Assembly (NCBI GenBank): GCA_963801815.1
Contig: CAWDGJ010000008.1
Coordinates: forward strand, 68,105 to 132,104
DNA from: an uncultured Verrucomicrobiae bacterium
GTDB taxonomy: Bacteria; Verrucomicrobiota; Verrucomicrobiia; Chthoniobacterales; UBA10450
Length of the DNA: 64,000 nt
Direction of reading: 5' to 3'
Both the position numbers and the translations under genes were made by a program. The notes beneath the pieces are model-generated. The model was given only the letters and a program-made list of their open reading frames with translations, had not been told where the DNA came from and ran no database searches. How positions within the stretch are numbered: the stretch's first letter is position 1; each line of letters starts with the position of its first letter. Below are positions 20,397 through 29,860 of the stretch, piece after piece.

Positions 20397-21311
20397 CTAG
20401 TGACGACCGCCGGCCTGGTGACCCATCATGCCGGTCGCTCCGCCAAAACCGCGACTGCCTGTACCGCCGCCAATAGCACCGCTCAGTCCGCCCCGGCCGC
20501 CTGCCATCATCATCTGACTTTGCGAGTGAACCGTACCCAGGTTCGCGCGCACCTGACCGGCATTGTGCTCATAGGTTTGCATTGCCAGCCTGGTGGCGTT
20601 CGCCGGCCTGGCAATCGAAGAAGCAGTTTTCAAGACATTTCCTGCTCTGCAGACGGTGCTTTGCTGAACGGCGGAACCCTGTCGATGACGCGACTTCACG
20701 GTGTGACTCGTCACATTTTGTACCGTCTTGGAATTCATCGAGACAGCTCTCTGATAGAAAGATTGGGAGATCGCATCCGCACCGCGGGGAAGAGAATTTA
20801 GCCCGTTGCCGACGGCAGAACCACTGTTCGAGAAAGGGGTCGACGTCGGGTCGGAAGCGGCGAGTCCACCCGGATTAATTCCACCAGACGGCGTCGCCGG
20901 CTGCGATAAGTCCCGAGGAAAGAACCTTCGATCAAACGGCGAGACGTTACGTGTGTTCCTGGAGTCGGATGACGTGCTGCCAAATCGATCCACCGCATTC
21001 GCTTGACTGCCGTCGAGCCGCCCGGTCGAATCCGGCCTGGGATAAAGAACTTCGCGTGGCCAGGCGGCAGCCGTTCGCACCACCTCCGTGCCATTAAAAA
21101 AATAAAAGGCACTGAACAAACCACCAAGAGAAGCAATTACGACAAACACAATGTTCGTCCAGGTCGAATGACTAAAGCCAAACGCGTTAACTAAAAGAGC
21201 GATAAGATTTTGCGTCGATGGCGCCTGCCCAGTTTCCGGGGCGACGACAGACGGCGAAACCAGTTTTTCTTCGGGTTTTGAAAGAGCGTTGTGGAAGTCA
21301 AGCTGAGGCAT
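20397..21311 (-). CDS. Hypothetical single-pass membrane protein with low-complexity, Gly-rich tail
   Basis: Long ORF, TM segment IVFVVIASLGGLFSAFYFF; start at MPQL. Confidence 0.6.
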   Translation of the reverse strand: MPQLDFHNALSKPEEKLVSPSVVAPETGQAPSTQNLIALLVNAFGFSHSTWTNIVFVVIASLGGLFSAFYFFNGTEVVRTAAAWPREVLYPRPDSTGRLDGSQANAVDRFGSTSSDSRNTRNVSPFDRRFFPRDLSQPATPSGGINPGGLAASDPTSTPFSNSGSAVGNGLNSLPRGADAISQSFYQRAVSMNSKTVQNVTSHTVKSRHRQGSAVQQSTVCRAGNVLKTASSIARPANATRLAMQTYEHNAGQVRANLGTVHSQSQMMMAGGRGGLSGAIGGGTGSRGFGGATGMMGHQAGGRH

Positions 21312-21459
21312 ATTGATGATTGCCGGCTGGGTTGGCTGCCGGCGGAGTCTGCCTTTTTGCAGCATAAGCCGTTCCGAAAAAGGGATCGTGAAATGAATTT
21401 AACCAATTTTTGTAACAATCAGGCGCCAAGCATTTTTCCTTTTGCAAACGCCATTCTTA

Positions 21460-21475
21460 TGGCATAGGACACGCT
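21460..21475 (+). promoter_or_regulatory. Candidate sigma-54 -24/-12 promoter
   Basis: TGGCAT-AGGAC-ACGCT, GG-N10-GC spacing, 14 nt before GTG 21489. Confidence 0.4.
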
Positions 21476-21488
21476 CCGAAACGCTTCC

Positions 21489-22016
21489 GTGCTTCCTTTG
21501 AGTCCAAAAATCGTATTTGGCGCGGCTGTGCTAGCCGCGGTGACGTCATCCGCTAACGCGAACATGTTTCCAAACTCCGGCCCGACGGTTCCGGGAAATC
21601 GCGCACGTCTCCGTTCTGGTCAGGCGGCGGCGCCGGATTCAGCGCCACTCGCGGTCAAGAAGGCCATCTGGGCCGCAAATCAACTTTTTCGAAAGCCCTA
21701 CATCTTTGGTGGCGGTCACAAATCATTCGTCGATCGCGGTTACGACTGTTCGGGGACGGTGTCATACGCACTCGGCGGCGCCGGTTTACTGAAATCACCG
21801 ATCAGCTCAACCGAGTTCCGTAAGTACGGCGAAAGCGGCCGCGGCAGATGGATTACGATTTACGCGCGCAACGGGCACACTTACGCAATCATTGCCGGGT
21901 TGCGCCTCGACACCACGCCATACATAACCGCGCACGACAAATGGGCGCCGGGTTGGCAGATAGCCGAGCGCGTGCCGGCGGGCGGATTTGAAGCACGGCA
22001 TCCGGTCGGATTGTAA
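21489..22016 (+). CDS. Secreted NlpC/P60-like peptidoglycan endopeptidase
   Basis: PYIFGGGH, GYDCSGTVSYAL, GH motif, RHPVGL end. Confidence 0.85.
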   Translation: MLPLSPKIVFGAAVLAAVTSSANANMFPNSGPTVPGNRARLRSGQAAAPDSAPLAVKKAIWAANQLFRKPYIFGGGHKSFVDRGYDCSGTVSYALGGAGLLKSPISSTEFRKYGESGRGRWITIYARNGHTYAIIAGLRLDTTPYITAHDKWAPGWQIAERVPAGGFEARHPVGL

Positions 22017-22094
22017 ATCTGCACGGATCGAGCAACGTCGACCATCACAAGATCGACATCCACAAGGCGGAACTTTGGATTTACGCCAGCCGAA

Positions 22095-22679
22095 TTGCGC
22101 AAGCTCCGTGCCCTAAAAACGCCGGACGGAATTCAACGTTTCCTGGACGAGCTTCCTTATAATCTTGGTTACACAGCGCGTTCGCCGAAAAAAGTCTTAC
22201 ATGAACGTGCAGCGTCCTGCCTGGAAGGCGGAGTTTTTGCGGCCGCCGCGCTCCGAGTTCTTGGATTTCCGCCGCTAATTTTCGATTTGGAAGCGGAGCA
22301 GGACACCGATCATGTAGTCGCAATTTTCAAGGTCCGCGGACATTGGGGCGCGGTTGCAAAATCAAACTTCACGGGCTGTCGCTATCGCGAGCCGGTCTAT
22401 CGCACCTTGCGCGAGTTGGCGATGAGTTACTTCAATATCTATTTCAATTTGCGATTTGAGCGCACTCTGCGGACCTATTCGCGACCAGTGAACCTCGCGC
22501 GCTTTGATCGCTTCAATTGGATGACGACGGACAAACCGGTTTGGTTCATCGCGGAATACCTTTGCGAGATTCCGCACATTCGATTGCTGAACCGAGCAAT
22601 GGAAAAAAATCTCACAAGGCTAGACCCGCGCAGCGTCCGCGCCGAAATGACGGGCCATCGCGCGAAGGGGTCCGCCTAG
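22095..22679 (+). CDS. Conserved hypothetical protein, transglutaminase-like Cys-His (true start probably upstream)
   Basis: SCLEGG, DTDHVVA, YREPVYR. Confidence 0.7.
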   Translation: MRKLRALKTPDGIQRFLDELPYNLGYTARSPKKVLHERAASCLEGGVFAAAALRVLGFPPLIFDLEAEQDTDHVVAIFKVRGHWGAVAKSNFTGCRYREPVYRTLRELAMSYFNIYFNLRFERTLRTYSRPVNLARFDRFNWMTTDKPVWFIAEYLCEIPHIRLLNRAMEKNLTRLDPRSVRAEMTGHRAKGSA

Positions 22680-22711
22680 GCTGGCTGGGCTAGAAGCGCG
22701 TGACAAGCCGG

Positions 22712-23185
22712 CTAAGCGGCGCAAACTTTTGCCGCGGTCGCACTTGCTTCCAATTCCAACGGCGCCTGCCGATAACCGACCGTGGCGCATTGGGTAATGT
22801 AAGTTTGAAGAAAAGGAACGATGCCGCCCAGCCTTTGATATTGCACGGTGTGGGTGAGCTCATGCGCAATCAGCGTCCGGTCGCGCCAGTGATCAGAACG
22901 AACGAAGATACCGTTCTCCACGGCTAGACCGCGCGGCGCGGCCGTGATGAAGTTGATCGAAGCTGCCGCGGCTTTCAGCATTGGATGGGCGGGCACCGGG
23001 ATCGAATCAACCCGAAGTAATCGGACACGTTCTGGATTGCGAACTCCAATCGCCCTTGCATCGGCCATTTCGTTTTCCGAAAGAGGCACTCCTTCGCAGA
23101 GAACGCGCTGTTGTTGTTCCATCGCCCACTGCGCAGCTAGTGACAGGACATCTTCCATTCGGTCGAAGGCTTCTTGCCGGTCCAT
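22712..23185 (-). CDS. DUF4157-like HExxH protein
   Basis: LIAHELTHTVQYQRLG...PLELEA. Confidence 0.7.
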   Translation of the reverse strand: MDRQEAFDRMEDVLSLAAQWAMEQQQRVLCEGVPLSENEMADARAIGVRNPERVRLLRVDSIPVPAHPMLKAAAASINFITAAPRGLAVENGIFVRSDHWRDRTLIAHELTHTVQYQRLGGIVPFLQTYITQCATVGYRQAPLELEASATAAKVCAA

Positions 23186-23290
23186 GATTTACTTGAGAGA
23201 GCAAAAACCCGGCCGATCGCACGAGAATTCGCGCGTGCGCGTCGGCAGGAATCAGGAACCCGGCAAGTGCAATTCCCCAGTTAGCGCTAA

Positions 23291-23689
23291 CTACGGTCCG
23301 TAAGGCGACCAGAAACCGGTGCTGGCTACGTCGGAAAGCACGGTGTAATCCGCTGGCGGCACTTGGGGGATCGTGTCAACGGTTTGGGTACCATAGGCCG
23401 AGCCGAACAGGCTGTTGCCCGTATTATAAAGAAGAGAGCCTTTCTTGAGATAGTTTGTCCAATCGGCGACGCCCACCAAATCGCCGGTCTTGCGATTAGT
23501 CTCAACCGCATACTGGTCGACGGCGGAATCGATCATCCGCAGGTCATTCAAAATTTTGGAAGCCTGGGAGCGCTTGCGGGCCCGCAAGAAACCAGGAACA
23601 GCAATCGCAGCCAACAAGGCAATGATCGCGACAACGATCATAATTTCGACTAAAGTGAACCCCCGGTGCGACCTCGCAGTGAATTTCAT
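23291..23689 (-). CDS. Type IV pilin/pseudopilin
   Basis: RG|FTLVEIMIVVAIIALLAAIAVP prepilin cleavage/methylation motif. Confidence 0.92.
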   Translation of the reverse strand: MKFTARSHRGFTLVEIMIVVAIIALLAAIAVPGFLRARKRSQASKILNDLRMIDSAVDQYAVETNRKTGDLVGVADWTNYLKKGSLLYNTGNSLFGSAYGTQTVDTIPQVPPADYTVLSDVASTGFWSPYGP

Positions 23690-23704
23690 AATGTGGAAAA
23701 AACG

Positions 23705-23721
23705 AGCATCGCTTATGCCAA
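23705..23721 (-). promoter_or_regulatory. Sigma-54 -24/-12 promoter of the pilin gene
   Basis: Minus strand TTGGCAT-AAGCG-ATGCT, GG-N10-GC, 16 nt from ATG. Confidence 0.65.
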
Positions 23722-23754
23722 TATATCGATCAGTGACATTGTGTCCGATTAGGC

Positions 23755-24040
23755 CTGTCAGGCAGCATCGATGATTCCTTTAGGTCTGAGGACTACCACG
23801 CCCTTGCCGAGTTACGCTATCTCGGACGAAAGTTTCTCCGCTTTAGCAAGGACTGTTGATCGTCTTGTTGCGAAGAAATTGATCCGGCGTCAGGCAGGGG
23901 AGCACGATCGCCGGGAGCATCATCTCGAGCTAACGACTAAAGGCGAAAGGCGGGTCGAAGAGTTGGCATACGCCCACTACAGGGAATTGGCCAAGCGAAG
24001 CGAGGAAATGATCAAAGGCTTGAGACGGTTGCGGGACTAA
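23755..24040 (+). pseudogene. MarR-family regulator with internal deletion and frame change
   Basis: DYHALAELRYLGRKFLRFSKD in one frame joins VDRLVAKKLIRR...DRR...LTTKG in another near 23853. Confidence 0.65.
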
Positions 24041-24056
24041 GCCGGGCGAATGGTAC

Positions 24057-24620
24057 TCAGTGGATTCGCGCAAAAAGAACCAAAATGTAAAAGATGAAGA
24101 GCGCAATTGCGAAGACCGGCATCGCTTGGTGATAGCGCTCGTTAGGTGTGATGGCGCCAATCAATAGTGTGGCTCCGAACAGTGAATGGAAAGTCAGATT
24201 CGTCGCATTGGGCAAAGTGCCAACAAGGACAACATCTTTGGCCACGCTTGTAACGATCACCCCCAAGGCAAGCAGAAAGAGCCACCTGCGGTGCGCGAAA
24301 AAATTCTCTCTTAGATCGATAGGTTCCGTTCCGAATAGATCCGGAAAAATCAAGCCTGCGACCATGTAGGTCAGCACGGTTTGGAGCAGAACGATGGCAA
24401 ACTGTTCGAATGTCCAGTTGTGGATGGCCCGCATTCCAAACATTGCCCACCAGCTCTGAACGCAAGCCAGCAACCAGAGAAGCGCCCACGCGACGACCGG
24501 CCAATACATCCGGACCTGCGTCCGAGACAGCACGAGTCCGCGAAAACCTTTGAGGATTTGAGTTACCGCAAGGCCGAGTATGACCGAGAGCAGAACCGAG
24601 AGGTAGCTGAACTCATCCAT
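24057..24620 (-). CDS. Six-TM hypothetical membrane protein
   Basis: MDEFSYLSVLLSVILGLAVTQIL, multiple TM helices. Confidence 0.8.
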   Translation of the reverse strand: MDEFSYLSVLLSVILGLAVTQILKGFRGLVLSRTQVRMYWPVVAWALLWLLACVQSWWAMFGMRAIHNWTFEQFAIVLLQTVLTYMVAGLIFPDLFGTEPIDLRENFFAHRRWLFLLALGVIVTSVAKDVVLVGTLPNATNLTFHSLFGATLLIGAITPNERYHQAMPVFAIALFIFYILVLFARIH

Positions 24621-24667
24621 GTCGATCTAACTTTTTGGCCGGAGACCCGGCCGATGTAAATTCCGAA

Positions 24668-25078
24668 ATGAGTGTTCACGTCTACGGTTGTAATCATGTC
24701 GCAATAGAAGTCGACGACATCGAGAAGGCGGTCGCATTTTACAAAGACGTCTTCAATCTGGAGCAGATGGAAGGCGGTGAAGGAGACGCTTTCTTCAAAC
24801 TCGGCGAACACCAATTCCTCGCCATCTTTAAAGTCGATCGGGTCCAACCGGCCAATGTTCGCCATTTCGGAATCATGGTGCGCGACGAAGGGCAGCTCGA
24901 CGAAATCCGGCAAAAGTTAACCAAGAAATATAAACTCAAACTCGAACCGCCGTTCCGTTGCGATTTTCACGATCCGTGGGGCAACCGCATTCAGGTTGTT
25001 GATCTTCACGACGAATCGTTGATCTGGCTTTTGCCTTATCGCGAAGTGCAGAACGCCGGTATTAAATTTGAAGGGTAA
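24668..25078 (+). CDS. VOC/glyoxalase family protein
   Basis: NHVAIEVDDIEKAVAFY, HFGI, DPWGNRIQV. Confidence 0.9.
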   Translation: MSVHVYGCNHVAIEVDDIEKAVAFYKDVFNLEQMEGGEGDAFFKLGEHQFLAIFKVDRVQPANVRHFGIMVRDEGQLDEIRQKLTKKYKLKLEPPFRCDFHDPWGNRIQVVDLHDESLIWLLPYREVQNAGIKFEG

Positions 25079-25182
25079 TGGAGACTTACGGCTGATCCAC
25101 CTCACATTGCCGGTGGAAGACGCGAAACGGGCCTTCGGAGGGCCACAGATGCAGGCATCGTTAATGCCGCTACTGTCCAGCT

Positions 25183-25920
25183 GTGTTGTCCTTTATCATT
25201 CCGGCGTACAATGAGGAGTTTGAATTGCCAGCCACCTTGGAGGCCATTCGCGTCGCCGCGCGAGAGCAACCACATGAAATTATCGTGGTCGATGATGGTT
25301 CGACTGACCGGACTGCGGCCGTTGCGCGAGAGGCTGGCGCGAAATTAATTTCAATTCGTCGCCGGCAGATCGCCGCTGCGCGTAACGCAGGGGGCCGTGC
25401 GGCCAGCGGTGACATTTTGTTTTTTGTCGACGCCGACACGCGAATCAATTCCCAGCATGTCCCCGGCGCGATTGCCACGCTTCGAGACGGTTTCGCCGGC
25501 GGCAGCTCGCGCGTGATAATCGACGGAGCGATTCCGATGTGGTCGCGAATCTGTCTCAAAGTCTTCTGCAGTGTTTACTTCGGACTCAACCTCGGAGCCG
25601 GCGCGTTTTTGTTTACCACCAAAGAAAACTTCGACGCGGTCGGTGGCTTCGATGAAAGCTTTTTCATCGGAGAAGAGGTTTATTTCAGCCTGGCGCTAAG
25701 AAAGCTTGGCCAGTTTCGCATTTTGGCCGAGCCGATCGCAACATCGGGACGAAAGCTTCGAATGTACTCAGCGCGTGAAATTCTTCCCCATTTCCTACGC
25801 ATAATATTTTATGGTCCGCGCGTCGCGCGCTCGCGAGACCATCTTGACATTTGGTATGACGGAAAGCGTGAAACAGGATCCGCCTTCGCCAACTCGCTAC
25901 GGCGTGACGAGTCGACATGA
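25183..25920 (+). CDS. GT2 glycosyltransferase
   Basis: SFIIPAYNEE, VVDDGSTD, FVDADT, GGFDE. Confidence 0.9.
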   Translation: MLSFIIPAYNEEFELPATLEAIRVAAREQPHEIIVVDDGSTDRTAAVAREAGAKLISIRRRQIAAARNAGGRAASGDILFFVDADTRINSQHVPGAIATLRDGFAGGSSRVIIDGAIPMWSRICLKVFCSVYFGLNLGAGAFLFTTKENFDAVGGFDESFFIGEEVYFSLALRKLGQFRILAEPIATSGRKLRMYSAREILPHFLRIIFYGPRVARSRDHLDIWYDGKRETGSAFANSLRRDEST

Positions 25921-26360
25921 ACAATTCACAAATCGCGATTGCAACTAGGCCGGAGGAAATTCGCCGCTGTTATCCGGTGATGCACGAATTGCGGACCCAT
26001 ATCACCAACGAAGAAAAATTCGTCGAGCGCGTTGTCCGTCAGCAGAAACAAGGGTACCAGCTGGCATTTCTGGAATCGGAGGGTGAAGTCCGCGCCGTGG
26101 CCGGGTATCGATTTCTTGAATCGCTTTTTTCCGGCAAAAATCTCTACGTGGATGACCTCGTTACACGTGAGAGCGACCGTTCGCGCGGATTTGGCGCTGA
26201 ATTGCTTGATTGGCTGATTGAGCGGGCGCGGGCAAACCGTTGCGAAACGCTCGAACTGGATTCAGGCGTCCAGCGGTTCGACGCTCACCGCTTTTACTTC
26301 TCAAGGCGAATGAGCATTTCATCGCATCATTTTCGGATTAATCTCAAACCCGAGGCCTGA
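25917..26360 (+). CDS. GNAT acetyltransferase
   Basis: YVDDLVT...RSRGFG, LDSGVQRFDAHRFY. Confidence 0.92.
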   Translation: MNNSQIAIATRPEEIRRCYPVMHELRTHITNEEKFVERVVRQQKQGYQLAFLESEGEVRAVAGYRFLESLFSGKNLYVDDLVTRESDRSRGFGAELLDWLIERARANRCETLELDSGVQRFDAHRFYFSRRMSISSHHFRINLKPEA

Positions 26361-26363
26361 CTT

Positions 26364-26705
26364 ATGAAAAACAAAAATCCCTGGATTAAGATGTGTCCGG
26401 GCATCAAGCGACAGACGCTGAGTAGCGGAAAAACGATGTATCAAATGCTGGCGACGCTCGAAGCAGGAAGCAAAATGCCGGCGCACCAGCATCCCCAGGA
26501 GCAGATCGTCCACATTTTGTCGGGCCGGATGAAGTTGATTGTCGATGGAACGCCCCACGACATGAAGGCGGGCGATTCATTCTATCTCGCGAGCAACGTG
26601 CCCCACGGAGTGGAGACGGTAGAAGAAACCCGGGTGGTCGATACTTTTAGTCCTCCGCGAGAGGAATATCTGGCGATCGACGAAGCCAATCGCCAGCGCA
26701 GGTAG
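26364..26705 (+). CDS. Cupin domain protein
   Basis: HQHPQEQ, GDSFYLASNVPHG, DTFSPPREEY. Confidence 0.9.
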   Translation: MKNKNPWIKMCPGIKRQTLSSGKTMYQMLATLEAGSKMPAHQHPQEQIVHILSGRMKLIVDGTPHDMKAGDSFYLASNVPHGVETVEETRVVDTFSPPREEYLAIDEANRQRR

Positions 26706-26767
26706 GTCCTGGCCCTACCAGAAAAAAGAATCGCTTCCGACCCGGTAACCTGTTTAGCATCAATTCC

Positions 26768-27034
26768 ATGTTACACATCATTTGGTCGATCATTATCGGT
26801 TTCGTCGTCGGCTTGTGCGCGCGTGCGGTTATGCCCGGTGTGCAGCACCTTGGATTCATCTTGACCACCGTGCTCGGCATTGCGGGATCCATCGTCGGCG
26901 GTTTGATTGCACGGATCTTTTCCAAACCCGCACCCGGCTCGGCTTTTCATCCCGCGGGGTTCATCATGTCGGTGATTTGCGCGATCCTTTTGCTCTGGCT
27001 CTGGGGCAGATTCGGCGGCGCAATGGCGCCTTAA
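26768..27034 (+). CDS. GlsB/YeaQ/YmgE stress-response membrane protein
   Basis: IIGFVVGLCARAVMPG, LGIAGSIVGG. Confidence 0.88.
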   Translation: MLHIIWSIIIGFVVGLCARAVMPGVQHLGFILTTVLGIAGSIVGGLIARIFSKPAPGSAFHPAGFIMSVICAILLLWLWGRFGGAMAP

Positions 27035-27159
27035 GAAGCGCCGCGCTTCCAAATCATCCGACTTTTTCATACGACTCCCGGGGGGGTCGGGTCGGGGCGG
27101 AGCCATCTCAAGTCCCGGTTGCGCTTCCTCAGACTTAGTCTAGAATAGGCGCTTTCGAA

Positions 27160-27423
27160 ATGGCTGAGAACACCGAAACGCTGGATATCAAGCAGTTCCA
27201 GTTGCACGGGAAGGACACGGGCAGCGCCGATGTACAAATCGCTCTGTTGACGCGCCGGATCGGGCAACTCACGGACCACTTGAAAAGCCACGCCAAAGAC
27301 CACTCCTCGCGCCGCGGCCTCCTCAAGATGGTTGCCCAGCGCCGGAGCTTGCTCGATTATCTGAGCCGGTCCCAAGCCGAACGTTATAAAAAGCTGATCG
27401 ATACACTGAATCTGCGAAAATGA
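27160..27423 (+). CDS. rpsO: 30S ribosomal protein S15
   Basis: [26 protein letters not shown]. Confidence 0.97.
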   Translation: MAENTETLDIKQFQLHGKDTGSADVQIALLTRRIGQLTDHLKSHAKDHSSRRGLLKMVAQRRSLLDYLSRSQAERYKKLIDTLNLRK

Positions 27424-27504
27424 TTCTGCCCCGCCACGGCGGGATCGATCCTAGCGTCCAGTTTTCAGTGCGACGCCGATTCGAAAGTTAGAAGAACGCG
27501 ACAA

Positions 27505-27606
27505 CCAGGTCGTTAGGCCACCTTGGATTTTAGGTTTTAGTTTCGCGTCCCCGAAAGCATTCGGGGACAACGGGTTTAAAACCTACAGTCAGGGTGACCG
27601 ACCTGG
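27505..27606 (+). promoter_or_regulatory. Long stem-loop in pnp 5' leader (candidate RNase III site)
   Basis: ccaggtcg/cgacctgg, cacc/ggtg, taggttttag/ttaaaaccta, apical gtccccgaa/ttcggggac. Confidence 0.7.
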
Positions 27607-27630
27607 AACTCGCACAATCAGGAAAATACT

Positions 27631-29793
27631 ATGCAACAGAAGGTCACAGCCCAAATTGGGGCCAATCAAATCTCCATCGAGACCGGCAAAATCGCCAAGC
27701 TCGCCGACGGCGCGGTCATCGTTTCATCCGGCGACACAATGGTATTGGTGAGCGCGGTCTCCGCCGCCGCTATCAAGGAAGGTCAGGATTTCTTTCCGCT
27801 CACCGTCGATTACCGTGAAAAAGCAGCCGCTGCCGGAAAATTTCCGGGCGGTTATTTCAAGCGCGAGGGCCGGCCGACTGAAAAAGAAACGCTGACTTCG
27901 CGGATGATCGATCGTCCGCTAAGACCGTTGTTTCCGAAAGGGTATTTTTACGACACCCAGATCATCTCGATTCTGCTTAGCGCCGACGGTGAAAACGATC
28001 CCGACATTCTCGCAATCAATGGCGCGTCAGCCGCACTCTCCGTTTCCGACATTCCCTTTACCGGACCCATCGGGGCGGTCCGTGTCGGTCGCGTGAACGG
28101 CCAATTCGTCGCGAATCCTACCCACACTGAACGTGTCCAAAGCGATCTCGATCTCGTGTACGTGGGTACCGAAAGCGATGTGATCATGATTGAAGGATGG
28201 GCCGACGAATTGCCCGAAGCCGACTTCGTGAAAGCACTCGAATTCGCCCACACCCAAACATGCGAGATGATTCGCATTCAAAAAGAGCTTGCGTCGCAAA
28301 TTGGAAAACCAAAACGGCAAATGCCTTTGCTCGAAGTAAAACCAGAGCTGCTCGAGATCGCATATCAAATTGCCGGCGATCGCATCGAAGCCGCGCTTTA
28401 CACGCCGGGCAAAGTTGCCCGCGCAAAAGCGGTCGAAACGCTGAAAGAAGAAGTAAGGACTGCGATCCTGGAAAAACATCCGGAGACGGGCGCGTTCTCC
28501 ATTTCACAAGCGTTCGATTACGTGCAGAAAAAAGCGTTCCGCATCAGCATTCTGGACAAAAAGAAGCGCGTGGACGGTCGCGGATACCAGGATTTGCGGG
28601 CAATTAATTGCGAGGTCGGTGTAATTCCGCGTGCACACGGTTCCGCAATTTTTCAGCGTGGTGAAACCCAGGCGTTAGCCCTGGCCACGCTCGCGCCGAT
28701 CGAAGAATCGCAAAATATCGACGCCTACGGCGGCGGTGAAACTTCGAAGCGCTTCATTCTCCATTATAACTTTCCACCGTTCAGCGTTGGCGAAACGGGT
28801 CGCACTGGTGGCGCGAGCCGCCGTGAAATCGGCCACGGCGCACTGGCCGAACGCTCGATCGAGTCGGTCGTGCCGAATGAAAACGATTTTCGTTACGCGA
28901 TTCGAATCTCGAGCGAGATCATGGAGTCGAATGGCTCGACTTCGATGGCGAGTGTGTGCGGTGGGATGCTCGCACTAATGGACGCGGGCGTTCCAGTGAA
29001 AGGAATGGTCGCGGGGATTTCTGTCGGGCTCGTTACCGAGCACAGCGACGATCGACAACTTAAGCGATACGAGCTGCTCACCGACATCATCGGCTCCGAA
29101 GACCATTTCGGCGATATGGATTTCAAACTTTGCGGAACCGAAAACGGCGTCACCGGCTACCAGCTCGATCTGAAATTGCCCGGCATCAGTCACAAAATAA
29201 TGACCGAAGCGATTCAACGCGCCAAAGAAGCGCGCACGAAAATCTTAGGAATCATGCGCGGCACACTTGATAAGCCGCGCGGCGAATTGTCGAAGTACGC
29301 GCCACGGATTGAAACAATTAAGATTAATCCGGAGAAGATCGGCGCGCTTATCGGACCGGGCGGCAAAACGATTAAAGGCATCGTCGCTGAGACCGGCGCA
29401 GAGATTAACATCGAAGACGACGGCTCAGTGCACATTTATGCGACGAGCGGTGAATCGATGGCGCGCGCGAAAGAAATCATCGGCGGCATGGCCAAGGAGA
29501 TTGAGATTGGCCAGACTTATCAGGGCCGCGTCGTTTCAACCAAGGAATTCGGCGCGTTCGTCGAAGTTCTTCCGGGCAAAGAAGGTCTCGTTCACATCTC
29601 CGAGCTTGCTGATTTTCGGGTGAAACGAACAGAGGACGTCGTGAAATCGGGCGACATGATCTGGGTGAAATGCATTGGCATCGACGACAAGGGTCGCGTG
29701 AAGCTGTCTCGCAAGGCCGCACTCAAGGAGCGCGCCGAAAAAGAAACCGGCCAGCCGGCGCCGGCTGAGGATTACGAACCGACGAGACGCTAG
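27631..29793 (+). CDS. pnp: Polyribonucleotide nucleotidyltransferase
   Basis: [33 protein letters not shown] and S1 domains. Confidence 0.98.
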   Translation: MQQKVTAQIGANQISIETGKIAKLADGAVIVSSGDTMVLVSAVSAAAIKEGQDFFPLTVDYREKAAAAGKFPGGYFKREGRPTEKETLTSRMIDRPLRPLFPKGYFYDTQIISILLSADGENDPDILAINGASAALSVSDIPFTGPIGAVRVGRVNGQFVANPTHTERVQSDLDLVYVGTESDVIMIEGWADELPEADFVKALEFAHTQTCEMIRIQKELASQIGKPKRQMPLLEVKPELLEIAYQIAGDRIEAALYTPGKVARAKAVETLKEEVRTAILEKHPETGAFSISQAFDYVQKKAFRISILDKKKRVDGRGYQDLRAINCEVGVIPRAHGSAIFQRGETQALALATLAPIEESQNIDAYGGGETSKRFILHYNFPPFSVGETGRTGGASRREIGHGALAERSIESVVPNENDFRYAIRISSEIMESNGSTSMASVCGGMLALMDAGVPVKGMVAGISVGLVTEHSDDRQLKRYELLTDIIGSEDHFGDMDFKLCGTENGVTGYQLDLKLPGISHKIMTEAIQRAKEARTKILGIMRGTLDKPRGELSKYAPRIETIKINPEKIGALIGPGGKTIKGIVAETGAEINIEDDGSVHIYATSGESMARAKEIIGGMAKEIEIGQTYQGRVVSTKEFGAFVEVLPGKEGLVHISELADFRVKRTEDVVKSGDMIWVKCIGIDDKGRVKLSRKAALKERAEKETGQPAPAEDYEPTRR

Positions 29794-29823
29794 TTGCGCA
29801 TTTCTCGCGATGGACAAATTAAT

Positions 29824-29849
29824 GCGACGGTCATAGACCGCCGCTACAG
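29824..29849 (-). repeat. Single GTAG REP
   Basis: Minus strand ctgtagcggcggtc-tat-gaccgtcgc. Confidence 0.75.
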
Positions 29850-29860
29850 TCCAGAACGTC

